From contig NC_057714.1 in the NCBI RefSeq assembly GCF_004010195.1, forward strand, positions 13,154,176 through 13,218,175: a stretch of DNA of 64,000 bases. The letters are read 5' to 3'. The notes under the pieces are model-generated. The model was not told the DNA's origin. It did no database searches and worked only from the letters and a program-made list of their open reading frames with translations. This document shows, one piece after another, positions 12,943-22,634 of this stretch; positions within the stretch are counted from its first letter, which is position 1, and every line of letters starts with the position of its first letter. A program made the translations under genes and the position numbers. Source of the DNA: Chiloscyllium plagiosum. Lineage: Eukaryota.

Positions 12943-13154
12943 AGGTGAAAGTGAGGACTGCAGATGCTGGAGATTAGAGTTGTGGTGCTGGAAAAGCACA
13001 GCAGGTCAAGCAATATCCAAGAAACAGGAGAGTCGATGATTTGGGCAAAAGCCCTTCATCAGGAATGATGAAGAGCTTTTGCCCGAAATGTCGACTCTCC
13101 TGGCTTCGGATGCTGCCTGACCTATCGTGCTTTTCCAGCACCACACTCTCGAAT
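12943..13154. mobile_element. Fold-back PLE-derived element with 11-bp target site duplication
   Basis: Inverted arms meet at about 13060-13066 (ttcatcagg/atgatgaag). Perfect direct repeat aaaatttggct at 12932-12942 and 13155-13165. Confidence 0.88.
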
Positions 13155-14319
13155 AAAATTTGGCTTCCTGCCTAAATTTGGAAAAGCAGGGCAGTGGGTG
13201 TCATGTTGAAGGTTGTGGCGTAAGCTTCTCAGATCACTCATCTGGGGTGCTTCATTCTTTTGATGATTTAAAAGATATATTGGTAGAAGTTTTACAGGCA
13301 AGTATATTTGCAAATCAGGCCTTTTAAAAAATAAGAAGGTATGATTTGAGTAGTAGAGAGACTTAATGATTATAAGTTAAAGTTAAATCATTATAAAGTT
13401 GCAGCTTAAAAGTCTGGATAAGAAGGTCAAATATTTGATGATTAAATATAAATACTTCATCAGTCATCACAACACAGTTTGGATCAATAGGAGTATAACT
13501 TCCTGTCTGAAATGATCTGATTCCCAGATGCAGAAAGGAGTGTCATGCTGGAAGGTAGTGGTTTGTCATTATTTCACTTGAAGATCACAGATTCCTGCAC
13601 AAGCACTTAAGCAGTTAAAGCTTTGCTGAGCCATTTGAAACCCTCCTGTCTGCAGCATATATTCATAAAACACCCCCTATGCAAGTGCTAGAGTGCCCTG
13701 CCGTGCAGCCAATGTATCCATGGAAACAAAGAGACGGATGCCAGAGTGAGATTTGATAAATGCACAAAAGTTGTAGGGAGCACATGATGCTGCTGCTGCC
13801 AAACTACAACAAGACAACTGTCAAGGCTTGAAATTAGATTTGAAGTCATGAAAAGGAACATTTCTGTCGGGACTACTCTGCTTCTCACCATTGCAAGATG
13901 AAGTATTCCAGTTTTTGGTGGGGTGGCCTGAACACTGATAAATCACAGCAGCAACAGAACACAATGAGAAAAAAAAAACTAAGCAATATCTGAAGGACTT
14001 AAGTGCTACATGGGAACATGATATATAGAAAAACATACCTGAGCTCATCGAGGCACAGAGTGATGGAATCTCAAAAAGACATCTCGCAAAAATGCAGAGT
14101 ATTTTAACATAAGTAAAAAATGGAATTGCATTTAAGGAGAGCTAAGTAAATACATGAAGGACAGAATAACAGAAAGTTCATGCTGGTGGTGTTCGATGAG
14201 AAGGACTGGGAGGACTCATGTATAGAATATGAACATAAGCACAGAAATTTGATGAGAATGTCTTGTTCTGTTCGTGTGGACTCAATCCAAGTTGAGGTCT
14301 CAGCCAATGTGACCCTGTG

Positions 14320-15490
14320 ACTTTTTTATGTAAAGAATGAGAGATTGCAGCGGTCTGAGATGCAGTGAGATCTGGTGCATGAATCGCAAGACATTAGTAT
14401 GCAGATTCAACAAATACTTTAAAAAGCAACTAAAATATTATTGTGCATTGTGAGGGGAATTAAATATAATAGCAGGCAGTTTATGGTTCAGTTATAAAGG
14501 GAATTGGTGAGACTACATTAAGAATTCTGCATACAGTGGTGGTCTCCTTAGTTAAGGAAGGATGCAACTGAAATGGAAGGAGTTTAGAGAAGGTTTACTC
14601 GACTAATACCTGGAATGGCACGTTATCTTATGAGGAAATGTTGGCTAGGTTAGTTTTGTATCTGTTGGAATGCAGAAGGGTAAGATGTGACTTTGATCCT
14701 GAGGGGTGTTGACAGGATAGATGTAGAAAGGAGACTTCTTGTGGGAGAATCTGGAACTAGGGTCTCTCGTTACAGGGTTTTACTTGCACAATCATGAGTT
14801 TGGCTTCAAGATAGACTGGTCGAGAAGGCAATGTCAAGAGCTGTTTTCAGACTCAGGCGTCTTTTGAACTCTATTTATTGCATATTCATTCTAACAACTA
14901 CTATACAAGGTAAGCAGAGATATACCAGGCTGTACTCTTGCTACTACATTATTGAAAGATGATTTGCTACATGTGCTTCTTTCTTCAGTCCAACTTGAGG
15001 CTGCCCACACTGTCCTATTTATGTCCAGTGGGAGCAGCCTCCATGATACCATTGCAATGCCTGGGACAATATTTCCTCCAAGGTGCCAACTCATTTGTCT
15101 CTGCATTTGGAAGCTGCTGCCATGCGCGGACCTCAGAGGTCCACACAGCGGACAAAGATAACAGTGAGAACATTACCTCAGGACTGAAAACCCTTCAACA
15201 ACAAAGGGAATACTATTAAAAAATAAAAGTTCACCCACTTAAGACAGAGGTGAGAGATTTATTTCTTACACAGGGTCAAAAGTCTTCAGAATTCTAAAAT
15301 GCAAAGTCTGGCAGAGGCAGCGTCTTTGAATATTTTCAAGGCAGAGGTAGTTAGATTCTCCGTAAATATTGGTTATTGGAGGTAGGTAGAAATGTGGGTA
15401 ATCAGATGGGTCACAACCTTATTGAATGGCCAAGTAGGTTCAAGCAGCCAAGTGGCATCTTCCTGCTCCTACTTCATACATTCACATATA
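14320..15490 (+). mobile_element. CR1 3' fragment split by an LTR-like insertion
   Basis: Degenerate ORF2 C-terminal and 3' UTR sequence on both sides of 14768-15200. Confidence 0.7.
14768..15200 (-). mobile_element. Candidate solo LTR (Gypsy-like)
   Basis: Short terminal inverted repeats (c)gttacagggtttt / aaaacccttcaaca. Minus-strand ATAAATA near 15015-15023 and AATAAA at 14874-14879. No clear TSD. Confidence 0.45.
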
Positions 15491-15544
15491 ACATGGCCCA
15501 GCAACAAACCAGAAAATAACAGATCTTGGCTGCTGTTGGCTATC

Positions 15545-15722
15545 TGAGTCAAGAATGTGGTGCTGGAAAAGCACAGCAGGTCAGGCAGCATCCGAGGAGC
15601 AGGGGAATCGCCATTTTGGGTAAAAGCCCTTTACCAGAAAAGCACAGTCTGACCTGCTGTGCTTTTCCAGCACCACACTCTCAACTCTAATCTCCAGCAG
15701 CTGCAATCCTCACTTTCGCCTA
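15545..15722. mobile_element. Fold-back PLE-derived element, internally deleted
   Basis: Inverted arms gtggtgctggaaaagcacagcaggtc / gacctgctgtgcttttccagcaccac. Flanking near-duplication gttggctatc / gttgggctatc. Confidence 0.8.
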
Positions 15723-16043
15723 GTTGGGCTATCGGAATCCCACTAAACACATAACTCATCAGGAAAACGCAGCAAGTGTGGGAAATCACTCCCGATAATT
15801 TTGGAGGTCTCTATAAACTGTGATACATTGGCAGAAGATCAGTAACAAAAATGTTCGGTTACATAATACACTTATGGTGATGCGAATATTGGCAGCAAAT
15901 TCACTGATACATTTTTAAAGTTACAGATTGTAAGGATGAACACATTATAAACTAGGCTTGATGAACAGAGTTCACAATGTGCAGTCCCAATGGCCTATAG
16001 TTTCCACCAAGGTTTCTCTTCCATGATGAGCACTAACTCATCA

Positions 16044-16294
16044 GGGTGGCGTAGTGGCTCAATGGTCAGCACTGCTGCCTCACAGCACCAGGGACCTGAG
16101 TTCGATTCCTGCCTCAGGTGACTGTCTGTGTGGGTTTCCTTCCACAATCCAAGGATGTGCAGCCCTGTTAAATTGCCCACAGTGTTAGGTGCATTAGTCA
16201 GGGGTAAATATAGGGTAGGGGAATGGCTCTGGGTGACTTAGTCTTTGGAGGGTTGGTGTGGACTTGTTGGGCCGAAGGGCCTGTTTCCATACTG
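16044..16294 (+). mobile_element. HE1-type V-SINE
   Basis: tRNA-like head and HE1 body. Abuts an opposite-strand copy tail-to-tail. Confidence 0.88.
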
Positions 16295-16592
16295 ATTAGA
16301 TTACTTACAGTGTGTGGAAACAGGCCCTTCGGCCCAACAGGTCCACACCGACCTGCCGAAGCGCGACCCATTCCCCTACATTTATCCCTTCACCTAACAC
16401 TACGGGCAATTTAGCATGGACAATTCACCTGACCTGCACTTTTTTGGACTTGTGGGAAGAAACCGGAGCACCTGGAGGAAACCCATGCAGACACGGGGAG
16501 AATGTGCAAACTCTACACAGTCAGTGGCCTGAGGCGGGAATTGAACCCGGGTCTCTGGCGCTTTGAGGCAGCAGTGCTAACCACTGTATACC
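16295..16592 (-). mobile_element. HE1-type V-SINE
   Basis: Reverse-complement HE1 body and head. Confidence 0.88.
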
Positions 16593-17053
16593 TTCATTCA
16601 TACAACATTTTTTTCTCCATTCAGATAAAATAGATGGTAATTGAAGAAAAAGCACTACAGATAATGGACACAAAGTATGATGAATCCAATGTGGTTGAAA
16701 TTGGTATCTTTAAATGCAGGTTAATGATTTTTTTTTAATTTTAAAAAGTAAGTAACGTTTGAGCATGTTATGACATATTTTTGAAATCAGTGGCTCTTGA
16801 ATTCAGACATTCTGATTAGAAATAGAAACACATATATTGTGCTATGAAACCTTACTTGAAGAAGCTGACCTGAATCCAGCACCTTTAATTACACAAGAAC
16901 AGCAGTCAGCAAGAAGAGCAGCAGTTTTATCCCTGAATCCAGATGTTCCAGATTATTCGTTAAAAAAGATCCCCTTCTGAAATACTTTCCCTTCAGTAAT
17001 AGATTTGAATTTCTTTCCTTTCAAAACCCCCAATAAGCAGCCATCTGTCTTTT

Positions 17054-20000
17054 TAGAGTCATACAGCATGGAAACAGAGCCTTCGGTCCAACTGATCCAT
17101 GCTGAACGTAATCCCAAACTAAACTAGTCCCACCAGCTTGCTCCAGGCCCATATCCCTCCTAACCTTTCCTATTCATGGATCTATCTAAATGTTTTTTAA
17201 ACATTATAATTGTACCCACATCCACCACTTTCTTAGGAAGTTCATTCCACATGCGAACCACCATTTGTGTAAAACATTTGCTTCTCATGTCGTTTATAAT
17301 CTCTCTCCTCTCACCTTAAAAATGTGCCCCCAGTCTTGAAATCCCTGTTCTTGGGAAAAGGCAACTACCACTAACTCTATCCATACCTCTCTTTATTTTA
17401 AAAACTAGTATCAGATCCCCTCTCAACCTTTGATGTTCCAGTGAAAATTGTCCCAGTCTATCTTGCCTTTCTTTACAACTCAATCCTTCCATACCAGGCA
17501 ACATCCTGGTAAATCTCTTCTGAGCTCTCTCTCGCTTGATAATATCCTTCCTATAACTGGGCAACCAGAACAGGACACAATATTCCAGAAGAGGCCTCAT
17601 CAATGTCCTGTACAATCTCAACATGACTTCCTAACTGCTATACTCAAAGGACTAAGCAATGAAGGCAAACGTGTCAAACACCATTTTAACCACACTGTTA
17701 TATGTGATGCAAACTTCAAAGATTTATGTACCTGTACTTCTAAGTCCCTCTGTTCTACAACACTACCCAAAGCCCCACAGTTAATTACATAAGCCCTACA
17801 CTTGTTCGTATTACCAAAATGCAATATCTTGCATTTATCCAGGTTGAACTCCATCTGCCATTTTTCAGCCTATTGACCCATTTGCTCAAGATCCCTTTGT
17901 AATCTTAGAAAATCTTCTTCACTATCTACAATGCCATTAATTTTGGTGTCACCTGCAAACTTACTAACCATGCCTTCTATTTTCTCATCCAAATCGTTTA
18001 TGTAAATGACAAACAAAAGAAGACCCAGAACTGATCCCGACAGAACAACGTTGGTCATAGGCCTCCAGTCAGAAAAGCAACCCTCCACCATTATTCTCTG
18101 TCTCCTGCCATTAAGTCAATTATATATCCAATTGAATCCCATGTGACTGAACTTTACTAATAGTCCAACATGTGGAACCTTGTCAAAAGCTTTCCTAAAC
18201 CCAAATAAACAATATTTACTGCTCTGCCATCATCAATCCTTTTGGTAACTACTCAAAAAACTCAATCGAGTTTGTGAGACATGATTTTCCTCACACAAAA
18301 TCATGCTATCTTTAATCAATTTTTGCCTCTTTAAATGTTAATAAATCCCATCTTTTAAAATCACGTCCAATAATTTACCCACAACCAAAGTCAGACTCAC
18401 GGATCTATAGTTCCCCGGGTTCTCCTTATAATTTTTTTAAACAAAGGTACAACAGTGACCACCCTCCAGTCATTAGGCACCTTACCCGTAGATAAAGATA
18501 ATGCAAATATTTCTGCAAGAGGTCTCCTAATTTCCTCTCTTACTTACCCCAACGTTTTGGGATACATTAGATCAGGTCCCAGAAATTTATTCACCTTTAT
18601 ACTCTCTAATATCTCCCAAATTTCCACTGCTGGAACGTGAACTGATTTAAAACATCAGAGTTTATTTCTTTGCATTCCCTGGACTCCACTTCTTTCCACA
18701 CTGTAAATACTGATATGAAATATTCATTTAATATCTTTCCCATCTCCTGGGGTTCAACACAAAGATGACCTCCTTAATCTTTAAGAGGTCCTATCCTCTC
18801 TAAAGTTACCCTCTTGCTCTTAATGTATTTATAGAATCTCTTTGGATCATCCTTAACCTTATCTGCCAATGCTATCTCATATCCCCTCTATGCCTTCCTG
18901 ATTTCTCTCTGAAAAATGCCCCAACACTCTTTATATTGATTAAGAGATTCAATTGAACCAAGTTGTCTATATCTAGAATACTTGACTAGAACTTCAATAT
19001 CTTTATTCATCCATTGTTCCTTAATCTCACCAGCCTTACCCTTCACTCTAACAGGAACAACATTTCTCTGAACTCTCATCATCACATTATTGAATGCCTC
19101 CCACTTGTCTGACATCCCTGACTGTGAACATTCTACTCCAATCAACTTTTGAAAGGTCTTGTCCCATACCATTAGCATTTGCCTTACTCTCGTTATAAAC
19201 TTTAACATTTATGGAAGGCTTATCCTTTTCCATAACCATAGAATTATGATTGCTATGGACCCAAAGTGTTCCCCCACTTTTACTTCAGTCACCTTCCCTG
19301 TCTTATTGCTGAAAAGAAGGTCTAATTTTGCTCTTTCGCTAGTAGGAGCATCCAAATATTGCTGAGAAGCATTTTCTTGAGCACATTCTTCACCATCCAA
19401 ACCTTTAAAACTCTGGTAGCCCCAGTCACTGTTTGGAAAATTAAATCCCCCATTATTATAACCATAATATGCTTACATATATGTGAGATCTCCCTGCATA
19501 TTTGTTTCTCAATTTCCCTCTTACTTTTGGGGGGCCTATAGTACAATCCCATCAAAGTGAACTTTCCTTTCTTATTTATAATTTCCACCCAGATATTTTT
19601 ATAGGCGATTTTTCAGAAATATCTTCTGTAGTTACAGCAGTAATGTATTCTTTAATCAAAAATGCCACCACCCTCTCCTTTCTTGCTTCCTTTTCTGTCC
19701 TTCCTATAAAATTTAAAACCCAGAACATTGAGCTGCCTGTGTTATCCATCTCTTCGCCTAGTTTCTGTAATAGCTATGATGTCCCAATCCCATGTTCTTA
19801 AACCTGCCCTGAGTTCATCAGCTTTCCCTGTAAGACTTCTTGCATTGAAATAAAGGCAATTTAGATCTTCAGTTACTTATACTCTAATTCTCTCTTGTTT
19901 TTCTTTGATAATTGCTCTCCTCACATTCAGAACCTTGCTCATCAATCCTTCTGATTACACTGCTACTTCAAATTCCTCCTCTCACCCTCTCTGTCGGTAA

Positions 20001-21390
20001 AAAGTCTTCCTTAATGAAACGAGCAAATCTCCCTGCTAATATATTGGTCCCTTGCCAGTTTAGATTAGACCCATCCTTTTTGAACAGGTCTTTTCTGTCC
20101 TAAAAGACATTCCAATTTCCAAAAACCTGAATCCCTGAACAATATACCAGCTCTTCAGCCACTGATTAATCTACTTTTAACTTTTGGTTCCTTCCCATGC
20201 TTGAGTTTGGCATTGGAAATTGTAGGAAAAGATCTGCCACCTTGCCTACCCACAGCATGGCCACACAGAAAACAGAAAGTCAAACCTGTCCAAACCATAC
20301 AAGGAACAGCCAGAATGCCTCAGCATCGATGAAACAGGCTGACCAGGGAAACCAGACCTGACCACAGTCACTCGCAGACCAGGGAATACACTTGCCAAGA
20401 CAACCTGATAATAAGCGTTCTGGACCCGATAAACACCACTGTCCCAAAGCACCTAATGCAGTCTTGTATCCCAGTGATAACTAAGACACACAAAGGACAG
20501 GTCAGATGGAGAGACACCAGAATACCCCGCTCACAGGAGAGCAACAATGGAAACACCTTACTGCCAAGAAAAGAGACATTCTCACCGACCCTCGAAGAGA
20601 ACTGCTGTCTCCCAATCCCATTAAGAATTGATTGATGCTGCCAGATGCTTCATTGTATCTACATTCCAGATACAATGATAACTGATAACTGCTTTGCGAT
20701 TATCACCATCGTAACTTGATTACTTGATGATCAAGACCATTGTATTTTCACTATTTTTAATTAGCATCATTGTACTGTATGCCTAGAAAAGGTGGCTTGA
20801 TTCTCAGCTCAGGGAAGAGAACCCTTGATCTACCTGTACAGACTGTCAGTTCTGTGTCAGCTTAGTCAATTTCTATTCCAGCCATATGGCTTGTAATAAA
20901 CAGCTTGTCAATTTCACACGATCTGGCTCCTGTAGTCTCTGTTCAATTGGGCTCACTTCTCTGACGGAAGTAAGTCAGAAATTATTAGTTTTAAGGTTCC
21001 ATTTTTTAACCTTCCATCTAACCTCTTAAATTCACTCTGTACTGTTTTAATCTTTTCCCTAAAAATGTCTTTCCTTCCAATGCGTACAATAATTACTGGC
21101 TTCTCAATCTCATCTTTAACAATATGCTTGAAACATTTAGAGATGTCCTTAATCCTAGCATCTGGAAAGCAATAAACTATCCTAAATTTATGCTCACTGC
21201 CACAGAATCTCCTGTCTATGCCCTTGATGGGAGAGTGCCCAATAACAATAATTATATTAAATTGCTTCTTTAAGCAAATCAATTAACCATAACTCTTTCT
21301 GATGAGACCTGCGTTTTCTTTCAGCTCTTTATTACAAAATCACAGTTCAAAGTAAATACGAAAACACATCTCAATTCACTTACAGAGACT
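17054..21390 (-). mobile_element. Near full-length degenerate CR1/HER1 LINE (ORF1 esterase, endonuclease, RT) interrupted by a solo LTR
   Basis: ORF fragments in collinear order: VIGHSPIKGIDRRFCG (20953-21282), GLYYRPP (19322-19588), GSVLGLLLFVIYINDLD..SKFAGDTK (17870-18091), LYRTLMRPLLEYC (17316-17624). Confidence 0.9.
20221..20966 (+). mobile_element. Solo LTR of a retrovirus-like element
   Basis: 746 bp starting TGTAGG and ending ..CTGACG. Flanking duplication gaaat/gaagt (20216-20220, 20967-20971). TATA-like tagaaaa at 20784-20790 and AATAAA at 20895-20900. It cleanly splits CR1 ORF1. Confidence 0.75.
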
Positions 21391-21673
21391 TACTCTGTCT
21401 TCGTCGTTGTAGCCATTCGATTTCAATGATAGAATATTTCATCACTTCAATGATTTTCTGGTCAAGGTCAGCATGTTCAACAATATGTTTCAGCAATATT
21501 TTCAGCTTATCACTCACTTTTCTAAATAAATGTGCACAAGATAACAAGTAATGTTCTTTTCATACAATCCACTGGGAACGCTGTACATTATCAGGAAAAG
21601 ACCTTGAGGATCAGAATCTTGTCTGGTGTTAAAGAAAATCCTCAAACACATTTTCTCACGTCTGAATATGTAC

Positions 21674-21764
21674 GTCTATATTCCTTTTTACAGGCAATGT
21701 ACTTCAATTTATCTTGTATTCTTGAAATTTAGACACTGTCTCTGCCTCACATACAGAAATTATG
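21674..21764 (-). pseudogene. DUF4211-like pseudo-exon (best-conserved block)
   Basis: ctctcatttcAG|HNFCM*GRDSV*ISRIQDKLKYIACKKEYR|GT. GR, RI and KLK fall at the same spacing as in recalled CCDC82 [26 protein letters not shown]. Confidence 0.65.
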
Positions 21765-21922
21765 CTGAAATGAGAGGTACACAACTAAAAGACAGTGATG
21801 GGTGTTTAGAGGGTAAAAGCCTAATTAGTTTATGCCTCAACTCTCATTTCATCCACTGCCTTGAATGTCAACATTAAAAATCACACAACACCAGGTTACA
21901 ATCCAACAGGTTTATTTGGAAG

Positions 21923-21957
21923 CACTAGCTTTCGGACCGCTGCTCCTTCATCAGGTG
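21923..21957 (-). ncRNA. Minimal type I hammerhead ribozyme motif
   Basis: CAC-CTGATGA-A-GGAGC-agc-GGTCC-GAAA-GC-TA-GTG: helix I CAC/GTG, helix II with one mismatch, palindromic AGCT helix III, UA cleavage site. Confidence 0.7.
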
Positions 21958-22296
21958 ACTATGGAGCAGGGTCATAAGACACAGAATTTATTGCAAAAGA
22001 TCACAGTGTCATGCAACTGAAATGATATATTGTACAAACCTAGATTGCTGTTAAGTCTTTCATCTTGCAGATTTCAATTCATTAATATGTAAATCCCAGA
22101 ACTTCTTTTAAATCACATTCTTGAGGTAATGTAAGGTTTTATAAAAAAACAGGTGACATCTCAGCTCAGACAATGCATTAAAGGTGTGAGGTTAGAGTCT
22201 ATCTGTATCCCAATCTTGAGTCAGACTGGCTCTATTTCCAAAGTAGGAATTTATAAAATTTATATAATTCTATGTCTTATGATCCTGCTATACAGC

Positions 22297-22331
22297 CACC
22301 TGATGAAGGAGCAGCGCTCTGAAAGCTAGTA
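22297..22331 (+). ncRNA. Minimal type I hammerhead ribozyme motif
   Basis: CAC-CTGATGA-A-GGAGC-agc-GCTCT-GAAA-GC-TA-GTA: helix II fully paired (one G-U), helix I with one mismatch. Confidence 0.68.
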
Positions 22332-22433
22332 CTTCCAAAAAAAATCTGTTGGACTCTAATCTGGTGTTGAGTGATTTTTAACTTTGTCCACCCCATTCTA
22401 ACACCAGTACCTCCACATCATTTAACTTCAACA

Positions 22434-22634
22434 TATGTCGTTTTGTTATAACACCAACGAATTTGCTGTAACGCGATTAACGAATTGGGGGATGCTGTTT
22501 CTCCAGCGTAAACTTTTAAAACATGTTTGGGCTGTAATGTCAACACAACGCCAACACTTTAAGCACTAAAGCAGTTTTTCTATAATGCGAGATTGCACAA
22601 GAACACAACCATCACGCTATTGAAGAACTGACTG
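22434..22634. mobile_element. MITE, same family as 11324-11541, opposite orientation
   Basis: Ends gaactgactg|ta. Internal sequence is reverse-complementary to the 11324 copy. Confidence 0.75.

Larger units (their letters stand above)
5600..16980 (+). pseudogene. Unidentified decayed multi-exon gene
   Basis: Non-repeat segments, most with AG/GT boundaries: ?-5921, 7662-8146, 8521-8686, 9771-9944, about 12655-13338, about 13460-14100, about 15490-16011, 16625-16719, 16791-16980. Phases match at 5921/7662, 8146/8521 and 16719/16791. Long frames are broken by few stops. No family recognised. Confidence 0.5.
21874..22421. mobile_element. PLE-derived element with about 120-bp inverted arms, each carrying a hammerhead
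   Basis: Arms about 21874-21990 and 22264-22382. Hammerhead cores at 21923-21957 (minus) and 22297-22331 (plus). Confidence 0.85.

Noticed and set aside
13709-13727. CCAAT box next to an RFX X-box-like palindrome GTATCCATGGAAAC
   Set aside because: Single motif pair with no CpG island. It lies inside an apparent decayed coding block, so it is not called as a promoter.
16856-16977. Minus-strand exon continuing the DUF4211-like gene (AG and GTAAGG sites present)
   Set aside because: All three minus-strand frames have stops and no DUF4211 similarity. The plus-strand frame is open and phase-matched to 16625-16719.
21394-21521. Tandem ICE1 paralogue (LDQKII resembles ICE1 N-terminal LKQKII)
   Set aside because: Only a few residues match, and the neighbouring exons fit DUF4211 collinearly instead.
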